Shown one piece after another: positions 19,577 to 27,056 of a stretch of 45,553 nt of DNA. A program made the position numbers and the translations under genes. The notes below the pieces were generated by a model that saw only the letters and a list, made by a program, of their open reading frames with translations, had not been told where the DNA came from and made no database searches. The first letter of the stretch is position 1, and each line of letters opens with the position of its first letter. Source of the stretch: Clostridiaceae bacterium (GTDB taxonomy: Bacteria > Bacillota > Clostridia > DSM-8532); NCBI GenBank assembly GCA_012730095.1, contig JAAYBO010000194.1, positions 1 through 45,553 on the forward strand, written 5' to 3'.

Positions 19577-19840
19577 TAAAAAAACCTCTGTCCACAACAA
19601 AGGGACGAGAGGTATTCCCGCGGTACCACCCTATTGGAAGTTAAACTTCCGCTTTTACCATTAACGCAGGTCTTTACGTGCCGGACTACAACCCTTACGC
19701 AGCATTCATCCGGCCGGCTCCGGGGTGTTCTTTCACCGACAAGCTTCCAAAAAACGCTTTCAGTCACGGCGTTTTATCCCTGTTGGGCATAACCGGCTAC
19801 TTGTCCCCTTCCTTGCCTTTTCGGTATCTAACAATTATTG
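19577..19840 (-). promoter_or_regulatory. T-box riboswitch leader of hisS-aspS-lepB
   Basis: Minus-strand AATAGGGTGGTACCGCGGG (19617-19635) is the canonical T-box sequence. Its 3' half can instead pair into the terminator ACCTCTCG...CAGAGGT followed by seven T (19577-19613). A stem-III-like hairpin GGAAGT-tta-ACTTCC lies just upstream. Specifier codon not assigned. Confidence 0.85.
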
Positions 19841-19845
19841 ATATG

Positions 19846-19874
19846 ATTATAATTAAAAAGCTTCGTATTGTCAA
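19846..19874 (-). promoter_or_regulatory. Consensus sigma-A promoter (TTGACA-17-TATAAT) driving the T-box leader
   Basis: On the minus strand, TTGACA at 19874-19869, a 17-nt spacer, and TATAAT at 19851-19846. Confidence 0.6.
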
Positions 19875-20003
19875 CTAATGGCTCAGAACTGAATTCATCC
19901 CGCTGCGTTTTTGGTATTATTTCAGCGGGCCCTGCTTTTCCTTTTTACCTTTACAATAATAGCAGGATACTTTAAGATAAAGTAAGAAATGGGCGGTGAA
20001 AAA

Positions 20004-20588
20004 ATGGTACGCGACAGATTCGAAAGGTTTTTGCGGCACCGGCAAAGCCTGTTGTATCAATATAAAATGGGTGATTTAACAAAAAACGAATTTATTGAAG
20101 AAAATTACAGAACTATTGAAAGACTAAAAATAGAACCTTTTAAGAAAGTAGACAATATAAAAAAATCCGTATATAACTACCACTATTACAATGTTCTGGC
20201 AAAGTTCCATTACAGGCTGTCTAAGGATTACCCTGCCGGAAGCAAGCAATGGCGCAGTTACATTTTGCAGTCAAATAATTATTATTATGAAAAAGATAAA
20301 GCAACGATGACAATACTTAAGCTTTTAGATTATAAGAATATTGACGCTTATTTTGTAAAAGTTAGATCCAGAAAATTGAAAAATAAACTTTTTGAAATAG
20401 TAATACGCGATCCTGATGTTCTTATGGAGATTAATACGCTCTCTTTACGATATGATGGTATGGAGTCGTACGATCTGGTTCTCCATTCCAAAAATCCGAT
20501 AATATTGAAAGGGCTCCGCAGTAATGGTGTTTTTCGCGATGAAAAAATAAAATCGCTAACGGACAGCTATATAAATCAGATATATTAG
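20004..20588 (+). CDS. Hypothetical cytoplasmic protein (about 194 aa, Tyr/Lys-rich), unknown function
   Basis: Long ORF with normal codon character. ATG at 20004 follows GGCGGTGA, and the ATG at 19989 would sit almost on the predicted TSS of a TTTACA-17-TAAGAT promoter (19950-19978). I recognise no motif. Confidence 0.6.
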   Translation: MVRDRFERFLRHRQSLLYQYKMGDLTKNEFIEENYRTIERLKIEPFKKVDNIKKSVYNYHYYNVLAKFHYRLSKDYPAGSKQWRSYILQSNNYYYEKDKATMTILKLLDYKNIDAYFVKVRSRKLKNKLFEIVIRDPDVLMEINTLSLRYDGMESYDLVLHSKNPIILKGLRSNGVFRDEKIKSLTDSYINQIY

Positions 20589-20713
20589 TATAAGTAACAT
20601 AATTTTTGAATTGATATGCAATTTTTCCCTATAATATAAACAATTAATGCATGGTATTGTTATCTCACCTGCAGGGAAAAATACAAATAAATATTAAGAA
20701 AGAGGTGAGAAAA

Positions 20714-20932
20714 TTGTCAAGACCAAAAACTCCGCTTGTTCCATCAAAGAGAGAACAGCTTACAAAGTTCAAAATCGAATGCGCAAAAGAAATTGGTGCT
20801 TTGCAATATATTAAAGAAAACAACGACCACTACAAAGGAGACCTGACTTCCTATGAAAATGGGAAACAAGGAGGACCGATAGGCGGGCAGATGGTAAAAC
20901 GAATGATTGAAATGGCTGAAAAGCAATTATGA
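20714..20932 (+). CDS. Small acid-soluble spore protein, alpha/beta type
   Basis: TTG start at 20714 follows AGAGGTGAG. The sequence KFKIECAKEIG...GGPIGGQMVKRMIEMAEKQL matches the conserved alpha/beta-SASP DNA-binding regions. The upstream TTGAAT-18-TATAAT / GAATT...CTATAATA (20605-20635) could be a forespore-type promoter. Confidence 0.85.
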   Translation: MSRPKTPLVPSKREQLTKFKIECAKEIGALQYIKENNDHYKGDLTSYENGKQGGPIGGQMVKRMIEMAEKQL

Positions 20933-20950
20933 ACAGTTGAATATGAATAA

Positions 20951-20987
20951 AACCTGCGAGGCTATACTGAAATCGCGGGTTTTTTTA
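20951..20987 (+). terminator. Rho-independent terminator after the SASP gene
   Basis: AACCTGCGA-13 nt-TCGCGGGTT followed by a T7 run. Confidence 0.7.
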
Positions 20988-21408
20988 TTTTGTTTATCAT
21001 TTCAGTAAGACCGGAAATAACCTCTGTGACTATTCCACGGAAATTTAAATTTTCCAGATTCTCTTTTTCTTATATTATCTGTCTGCTTCTGCGGTATTTA
21101 TCGCAGCATTCGATTATGTAAACTTTCTGCATGCATGTACATAAAATAAACTAAGAATAATAAAAAGGAGGTGAACCACCTCTTTCTTCCTCCAGCCGGC
21201 AAAGCTTGTTATCAAGTAATAAACCTATGATAAATTTATTCAATAGAGAAATATAATATTACTTTGATCGCCCTCATATACATGAAACATCTTTAAGCAT
21301 TGTCTGTTATTAAACATGATTCCTGGTAATATCGCCAACATAAATGTTATATTATTGTCGTGGTTTTAAATTAATTTTTTATAAACAGATTATAGAAGGG
21401 GAATTAAA

Positions 21409-21480
21409 ATGAATTGCTATATTCACAATGAAAAAGAAGCAGTCGGCACATGTATCAGGTGGAGACTAAACTCCACCTGA
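21409..21480 (+). pseudogene. 23-codon mini-ORF resembling the N-terminus of a zinc-ribbon protein; probable gene remnant
   Basis: GAAGGGG RBS, then MNCYIHNEKEAVGTCIRWRLNST*. The CxxH...GTC start is the usual beginning of B-box/zinc-ribbon membrane proteins, but the second Cys pair is missing. The frame runs into a perfect 9-bp hairpin (CAGGTGGAG-actaaa-CTCCACCTG, 21455-21478). Confidence 0.25.
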
Positions 21481-21508
21481 GCAGGGGAGATAATTAATTA
21501 CATATAAA

Positions 21509-21552
21509 ATCAGGCTGAAATAGATATATTAGTACATCCATTTCAGCCTGAT
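21509..21552 (-). terminator. 13-bp hairpin immediately 3' of tRNA-Leu (terminator)
   Basis: ATCAGGCTGAAAT-18 nt-ATTTCAGCCTGAT. On the minus strand it is followed by TTTTAT. Confidence 0.6.
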
Positions 21553-21557
21553 AATTT

Positions 21558-21643
21558 TGGTGCCGCTGGCCGGAGTCGAACCGGCACGTCCAGAGGACAC
21601 TTGATTTTGAGTCAAGCACGTCTGCCAATTCCATCACAGCGGC
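21558..21643 (-). tRNA. tRNA-Leu (anticodon CAA), CCA encoded
   Basis: Minus strand reads GCCGCTGTGATGGAATTGGCAGACGTGCTTGACTCAAAATCAAGTGTCCTCTGGACGTGCCGGTTCGACTCCGGCCAGCGGCACCA. It has a 7-bp acceptor stem, anticodon loop CTCAAAA, a long variable arm and a GGTTCGA T-loop. Confidence 0.95.
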
Positions 21644-21863
21644 AAATATTTACTTAAGCCGGCATTTCTATATAATAACTTTTCCAAAAAATCCTGTGTT
21701 AGTGTTAATTTGCCCGCTCAATATGCATCGCTTTAATATATTAACACAGACATATCTCGAAATCAAGTAGTGTAAAATCTTTCTTCCACCAAATAGCCAG
21801 CGGGTGATTCGGGTGCTTTCGGTCGCGCCGGGCAACATGCTCCAGCGTCCTGCTGCTTTACGG

Positions 21864-22000
21864 AAAATGTGGAGCGGGCAAATGAGCGACCCGGGATATG
21901 GAGACCTCTATGTGAAAATATAAAGGTTTCTGGAGCGTGTTATCGGTATGTGCTTTGTTGCCCAAGGAAACGAAACACCCGAAGCAGGACCCGCGGGAAT
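21864..22000 (+). repeat. Copy 1 of a ~135-nt GC-rich repeat (inverted partner at 36445-36576)
   Basis: By-eye alignment to the reverse complement of 36445-36576 gives roughly 80 percent identity. Long identical blocks include GTGGAGCGGG, GGGATATGGAGACC and AAGGAAACGAAACACCC. The region is GC-rich relative to its AT-rich flanks. Confidence 0.7.
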
Positions 22001-22014
22001 ATGTTCTGAAATTG

Positions 22015-22407
22015 CTATTGCCCGCCGGTAAGACTATTAATAATCTCCTGCTCATTTTCGTTTCCGCTAAACTTGTATACCCCTGGAAATATTTTGTCTT
22101 CTGCCTTTTGATTTAATACTTTAAGCTGAAACTGCATGTTTTCCTTTATAAGACCCGTATCCTGAAGCTTTTTGGCAATCTGCGCCAGAGTATCACTTTC
22201 TTCAACCTCAATGGAAATCTTACCATTAACACCAATCCGGGTAATTTCTCCAGGCTCGATCATTCCGTATTTTTTAGCAAGTGATTTAACCTTAGCTTCA
22301 TCCATTTCGGGAGTATATCCAAGAAAAAATATACACCCTAACAAAGCTGTCAAAATAACTCCCAAACCCATTCCAAGCAATACACTTTTTCCATGGATTT
22401 TTGTCAT
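22015..22407 (-). CDS. Small membrane-anchored protein with a YceG/MltG N-terminal-like domain
   Basis: One TM helix ([21 protein letters not shown]), then [28 protein letters not shown]...[24 protein letters not shown]. This resembles the LysM-like N-domain of YceG/MltG without the catalytic part. Confidence 0.6.
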   Translation of the reverse strand: MTKIHGKSVLLGMGLGVILTALLGCIFFLGYTPEMDEAKVKSLAKKYGMIEPGEITRIGVNGKISIEVEESDTLAQIAKKLQDTGLIKENMQFQLKVLNQKAEDKIFPGVYKFSGNENEQEIINSLTGGQ

Positions 22408-22432
22408 ACAAAACCCCGCTTCGCCTCCGAAT

Positions 22433-22969
22433 CTATTTGCTCATGCGTGAAATTAATTCAATCTCACCTTTTCCCATATTCAACATTCTTGCAATCTCGG
22501 TACTGCCTACTCCCTCTTTGTACAGATTTAATACTTCACGCTTTTTGGCGTCAAATGAAATAATCTTTCCTTTCTTTAACTGAATCACTTCAGCATGATC
22601 ATCCTTGCTATTCTCTGTAATATCGGAAATTTCAGACACTGCGTCACTGCTTTTTTCTTTGAATTGATTAATATTTGAAACTTGTCCGTTAATGTTTTCA
22701 AAAAGATCGTTTTTTTCAGAGACAGCATTAATAACGGATTCAATTTCCTGCTGTTTTTCTTCCATTCTGTTAACAATATAGTCAGAAAAATTATTCAACT
22801 CGTTAATAAGCTGCTCAGCGTCTTCGAGCGCCTGCTGGAGTTCATACCTGCGCTCGTCAACTTCAAGCCGGTAATCCCGCGAATTTTTCCGCTCAATCAC
22901 AATCCAAACCATTGCTATACCGACTACCATTATCCCTATCAATATGATACAGACAAAAAAAGCCGTCAT
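22433..22969 (-). CDS. Membrane-anchored coiled-coil protein with C-terminal HTH-like motif
   Basis: ATG at 22969 follows AGAGGTG, whereas the track start at 22996 has no RBS. The protein has an N-terminal TM helix, a long charged helical segment, and the C-terminal sequence KREVLNLYKEGVGSTEIARMLNMGKGEIELISRM. Confidence 0.6.
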   Translation of the reverse strand: MTAFFVCIILIGIMVVGIAMVWIVIERKNSRDYRLEVDERRYELQQALEDAEQLINELNNFSDYIVNRMEEKQQEIESVINAVSEKNDLFENINGQVSNINQFKEKSSDAVSEISDITENSKDDHAEVIQLKKGKIISFDAKKREVLNLYKEGVGSTEIARMLNMGKGEIELISRMSK

Positions 22970-23053
22970 CTTTTGCACCTCTGTTAGTTTTATCATTAGT
23001 AAATGTTTTTTGCACCAATTCCCTGTTAAAGTTCATCTTCTGTATCGTTATAT

Positions 23054-23377
23054 TCATACTCGTATATCAATTGTTGTACCTGCTGTCTTTTTTTTATTAT
23101 CTTCGCGCTGCTGCAGTTTTCTTTCTTTGTCAGGTTTATTCTCTTTATCCTGCTGCTGCGATTGCCTTTTTTCATTTTGCTGCTTTTCGCGGATTGCCGT
23201 ATTATGTGTTTCTTCCCGGGAATTCACTTGCCGCGTATTGCTTTCAGATTGTTTCTCCGTCGTTTGAACCGCGTTCTGGTGCGACGCCTGGGTGCGCTGC
23301 TGTTCATTATTTTGTACACGCGACATTTCATTTACTCTTGGCATCATAATTTGCATGTCAATCGGCTTAATTGCCAT
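23054..23377 (-). CDS. Gln/Glu/Lys-rich low-complexity protein, unknown function
   Basis: ATG at 23377 (MAIKPIDMQIMMPRVNEMSRVQ...) follows GGGAAGTGG. The rest is a highly charged Q/E/K/R-rich tail. Confidence 0.55.
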   Translation of the reverse strand: MAIKPIDMQIMMPRVNEMSRVQNNEQQRTQASHQNAVQTTEKQSESNTRQVNSREETHNTAIREKQQNEKRQSQQQDKENKPDKERKLQQREDNKKKTAGTTIDIRV

Positions 23378-23435
23378 ATAACCACTTCCCAAAAGATTTT
23401 ACACATCAATAAAAAATTACTTTGCAATTTGTCTG

Positions 23436-25046
23436 TTACAGCGGACCAATCCGTACATCTACACCGTCTTTATAAAGAGTACAATGCTGCAGGGTTTCTT
23501 TTACATGCATATTAGCCGAGCCTATAGAAATTCTTGTTCCCGGATATAAATAATTCAAAACCTTTATACGTCCCTTTACTTCCTGCTGAAGCTTTTGCTC
23601 TAATTCCTCCAGTTCTTCTTTATACTGCGAAATACGACTGTCATAAAATATTTTTGATCGGACACTTTTATCCAGTATCTCCTTTTTTTCTTCCGTAAGC
23701 ATACCCGCCGCTTCCATTTTTCTGAGCAGTACAATAGCCTGGTTTGCTTTTTTCGAGTTTTCCTCCATTTTTATTAAATCTGTTCTTAAGAATTTATATC
23801 TTTCTCTCACATGCGGGTCAACACCTACTTCTATATTTGTGGTGGTAGCCATATAGCTTCCGATAACTTTGGCTTCAATTTCTCTGCCTACCCGTGCCAC
23901 CCCACCCACCAAAAGACCTTTGCGGCCGCCAAGTTCAAGACGATTCCCGCATTTTACATCCGAATGCATTATCGCTTCGGCTTTAATATCGTTACCAGCT
24001 TCAACACGGCTGTTTTCAATATATTTTGCAATGACATCACCGCCTGCCGAAAGAAGCCCTTTCCCGTTTCCTGTCATTCCCCTGCGTAAAATAATATTAC
24101 CTCCGGCTTTAATGGTTGCGGCTTCAACAACTCCAAAAACCTCAACATTCCCTCCTACCTCAACAACAAAACCCGAAAGAACATTCCCGCGTACCGAGAG
24201 GTTTCCTACAAAATTAATATTTCCCGTTGAATTATCTACGTCAGCAGGCACCTCATAGGTTGAAAAAACACTTAGTTTACCATCAATATACATAACCTGT
24301 CCATCGATTTCAGAATACAGGCTTAATCCGTCTTCACCACTGTAAACATTCCTTCCCCTGACCATTTTAGCAGGTTTACCGTCAATAGCCTTAAGCATCG
24401 TTCCAACAACATTTTTACCGTTAATTCCGGGGGTTGGCTGCGTTATTTCACAAAGCTTTTGTCCCTTATGGACATTCTCAATATAATCAAGATCTCTGTA
24501 ATTGACGGAGCCGTCTTCCATAATAATCGGTTTTCTGTCCTTATGTATATCTACAAGAAAGTGGATTTCTCCGTTTTTTCCGTTAATAGGCGCCATTCCT
24601 TCTGCAATAAGAATATTCTGATCATATATCGGGTTTTCAACAAGAGTATGAACAACATCCTCTTTTATTCCGAATATAATGCCGTTTTGCTTTAATTGGA
24701 AAGCAATTTCCTGAATTCCTGCAGGTTTACCCCCTCCCTCCGGAGGTTTTATTTTTATATAAGCTTTCATTTTATCCGGATTGGTTACTACTTCGACCAA
24801 TGCGTCAATTTTTTCTTCTTCCTGCTTATCTGCGATTTTAACTGGATTTCCAGTGGCTTTTTTTATAGTATCCGTTATTACGGCAGCATTAAAATTCCGG
24901 ATTTTTTTACGCCGGATTTCATTCATCACTTCCGCTTCTTCAACCGCTGCGCCAAAAATACGGTTAACGGTAAGGTAGACACCGTCGGCGCCGTAGGTTA
25001 ACTCGAAAGGTTTTTTTTCCTGTATCGTTTCATCGAAATTTTTCAT
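23436..25046 (-). CDS. FapA-family (DUF342) flagellar-assembly-associated protein
   Basis: N-terminal region with DKMKAYIKIKPPEGGGKP. Beta-helix repeats GNINFVGNLSVRGNVLSGFVVEVGGNVEVFGVVEAATIKAGGNIIL. C-terminal coiled coil. Sits directly after fliA. Confidence 0.8.
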   Translation of the reverse strand: MKNFDETIQEKKPFELTYGADGVYLTVNRIFGAAVEEAEVMNEIRRKKIRNFNAAVITDTIKKATGNPVKIADKQEEEKIDALVEVVTNPDKMKAYIKIKPPEGGGKPAGIQEIAFQLKQNGIIFGIKEDVVHTLVENPIYDQNILIAEGMAPINGKNGEIHFLVDIHKDRKPIIMEDGSVNYRDLDYIENVHKGQKLCEITQPTPGINGKNVVGTMLKAIDGKPAKMVRGRNVYSGEDGLSLYSEIDGQVMYIDGKLSVFSTYEVPADVDNSTGNINFVGNLSVRGNVLSGFVVEVGGNVEVFGVVEAATIKAGGNIILRRGMTGNGKGLLSAGGDVIAKYIENSRVEAGNDIKAEAIMHSDVKCGNRLELGGRKGLLVGGVARVGREIEAKVIGSYMATTTNIEVGVDPHVRERYKFLRTDLIKMEENSKKANQAIVLLRKMEAAGMLTEEKKEILDKSVRSKIFYDSRISQYKEELEELEQKLQQEVKGRIKVLNYLYPGTRISIGSANMHVKETLQHCTLYKDGVDVRIGPL

Positions 25047-25055
25047 TGCAACACC

Positions 25056-25832
25056 TCAGGAACCGAATAATATGTATTTATGTCGTTCAAGCCTGCCTCT
25101 CATTCGTAAAATGGCCTTTGTGTGAAGCTGCGAAATCCTGGATTCCGACACCCGCATAATTGCACTTATTTCCTTTAGCGTTAATTCTTCAAAATAGTAA
25201 AGAGTAACAACCATTCTTTCTTTTTCGGGAAGTTTGTCAATTGATTCGGCAAGGATATCCTTTATTTCAGTTGTTTCAATTCTTTTTTCCGGGATTCTGT
25301 CTTCATCATCATTGGATGTGTCAAAACCTGATTCATAGTTTTGTTCAAGATAGTCTTCCAATGATATCATCGTTGACATATTCACTTCCCGGAGGGTCTT
25401 GTTAAGTTCTTCGACAGAAATACCCAGCCTTCTTGCGACTTGTTCATCAGTAGCAGTGTGTCCGAGCTCATTTTCCAACTCCGAATAAGCCCTTTCAAGA
25501 TCTTTGCTTTTTTTACGGAGGGAGCGGGGAACCCAGTCAAGCTCACGTATACTGTCTATAATTGCTCCCCGAATTCGTAGAGACGCATAAGTTTCAAATT
25601 TAACGCCCTTATATATGTCAAACTTATCAATTGCATCAATTAAACCAAAGACACCGTAACCAACCAGATCGTCATATTCAACATTTGAACCAAAATATAT
25701 ACTAAGTCTGCCGGCAACATATTTTACCAAATCCGCATATTCAAGTATTAGCTGCTCTTTTATTGATTGATCCTTTGTCTCTTGATACTTTTTCCATAAT
25801 TCCTGCTGTCTTTGAATTCTATTAGCAGACAT
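25056..25832 (-). CDS. fliA: Flagellar RNA polymerase sigma factor (sigma-28 / SigD / FliA family)
   Basis: 258 aa. Region 2 (YADLVKYVAGRL...DDLVGYGVFGLIDAIDKFD), region 3, and a region 4 HTH (LTLKEISAIMRVSESRISQLHTKAILRMR). Located in the fla/che cluster. Confidence 0.9.
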   Translation of the reverse strand: MSANRIQRQQELWKKYQETKDQSIKEQLILEYADLVKYVAGRLSIYFGSNVEYDDLVGYGVFGLIDAIDKFDIYKGVKFETYASLRIRGAIIDSIRELDWVPRSLRKKSKDLERAYSELENELGHTATDEQVARRLGISVEELNKTLREVNMSTMISLEDYLEQNYESGFDTSNDDEDRIPEKRIETTEIKDILAESIDKLPEKERMVVTLYYFEELTLKEISAIMRVSESRISQLHTKAILRMRGRLERHKYILFGS

Positions 25833-26010
25833 ATATATCCCCCATTCCGCTTTATTCCTGACAGCCTATTGTATGGCTTATCTTTTGTATATTCTTTTAA
25901 GTAAGCAGCATTTTTACCGGCATAAAACTTGTAAATTAATCGTCTAACATGCTGATTAATAACAAACCACGGAGGGTTATCGTTATATTTTATATGCTGC
26001 TTATATCTTT

Positions 26011-26038
26011 ATTGTATCGTAGACATTCCATATGTCAA
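26011..26038 (-). promoter_or_regulatory. Candidate sigma-A promoter (TTGACA-16-TACAAT) upstream of fliA
   Basis: On the minus strand, TTGACA at 26038-26033, a 16-nt spacer, and TACAAT at 26016-26011. This lies about 180 nt upstream of the fliA ATG, inside a 310-nt gap. Confidence 0.45.
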
Positions 26039-26144
26039 CCTTTTTCAATGTTTTTATGTAATTATTAGCATTTTTTTGTCAATGAAACGTAATTAGGGGG
26101 GTAATTGAGTATATTTTTACAAGCTGAATAAGCTATAAAAAACC

Positions 26145-26510
26145 TTAATCGTCATTTTTTAACTCATTTTTTATAAATTCGCTGACAGGCAAAGGATCAA
26201 ATGAATTATCATCAGCGGTCATGTCGATATTTGTGCCGAGTATTCTTTGATTTTCATCTTCCGCCTTTTCCTGCTCCTTCCTCTTTTCCTCCTCCTCCTC
26301 TTCTCTTTGCTTTATTTTTTTCTCTATCTGTTCTACTGCGCATATTAGCGTCGAGCGGACAAATAACCCTGTAACATAAAAAATAACCATAATCAATGTC
26401 ATTTGCATGATTACTTCTTTTTGATGCATCGATTTAAAAAAACCTAAAATACCTGATATAAGCGCAGCAGCCAATGCCATCAGCAAAGGCAGCATTTGAA
26501 GATATCGCAT
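26145..26510 (-). CDS. Small membrane protein with acidic C-terminal tail, unknown function
   Basis: ATG at 26510 follows GGAGGG. Two hydrophobic helices are followed by KQREEEEEEKRKEQEKAEDEN. It occupies the position after cheD where B. subtilis has sigD-swrB. Confidence 0.55.
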   Translation of the reverse strand: MRYLQMLPLLMALAAALISGILGFFKSMHQKEVIMQMTLIMVIFYVTGLFVRSTLICAVEQIEKKIKQREEEEEEKRKEQEKAEDENQRILGTNIDMTADDNSFDPLPVSEFIKNELKNDD

Positions 26511-26561
26511 TAAACCCTCCATATCTGTAAGATGTTTTTGGGTGTTTTTTTTGAAAACAAT

Positions 26562-27056
26562 TCAGATGTATTTTATTCCATACCCTATTGTTTTTATCAT
26601 CAGGCGCCCATCTTCCGAGTAAAACTCAATAGTCCGGCCATAACTCCCACCGGTGTCTTCGGATATCACAGGGATGCGAAACTGCTGCAGGACTGCTTTG
26701 GTGGCTTCAACATTTCTCTGGCCAATCCTTATCATATCTGAGCTTCCTGAAAATGAAAACATCTGGGCGCCTCCAGCTAATTTTGCAACTATATTACTTA
26801 CAGACGCACCGTATTCGCCCATCTTTTGTAAAAGGAGCATTATTCCGGTGTCGGCAAATTTGGCCTTATTTGCATTATTCTTTGCCTGGTGCGACCAGGG
26901 AAGCATAATATGGGCAAGTCCAATCATTTTTATTTTTTTATCATAGAGCGCAATACCTACACATGAACCAAGTCCCAAAGTCACTAAAATTCCAGGATGC
27001 CTGGTATAGTTTAGGTCAGCCATCCCCACCTTTATGATATTATCCGCCATTAGCAC
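26562..27056 (-). CDS. cheD: Chemoreceptor glutamine deamidase CheD
   Basis: Contains VTLGLGSCVGIALYD and LAHIMLP motifs. 164 aa. Overlaps the end of cheC. Confidence 0.9.
   Translation of the reverse strand: MLMADNIIKVGMADLNYTRHPGILVTLGLGSCVGIALYDKKIKMIGLAHIMLPWSHQAKNNANKAKFADTGIMLLLQKMGEYGASVSNIVAKLAGGAQMFSFSGSSDMIRIGQRNVEATKAVLQQFRIPVISEDTGGSYGRTIEFYSEDGRLMIKTIGYGIKYI

Noticed and set aside
19678-19680. CAC (His) triplet as the T-box specifier codon
   Set aside because: It lies only about 40 nt upstream of the T-box sequence, inside what looks like the stem II/III region rather than stem I. The specifier is left unassigned.
19926-19938. 13-nt exact match (CGGGCCCTGCTTT) to the start of repeat copy 2
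   Set aside because: A single 13-mer match within 45 kb on both strands is expected by chance, and no flanking similarity exists.
21858-22055. 65-aa ORF (and the tail of ORF 36165-36512) sharing the peptide [13 protein letters not shown]
   Set aside because: The similarity is real but sits at the nucleotide level within the inverted repeat. The frame is stopped in copy 2 while DNA similarity continues beyond the stop. Replacement changes dominate after the first 8 codons. I treated it as a non-coding repeat or relic, not a gene.
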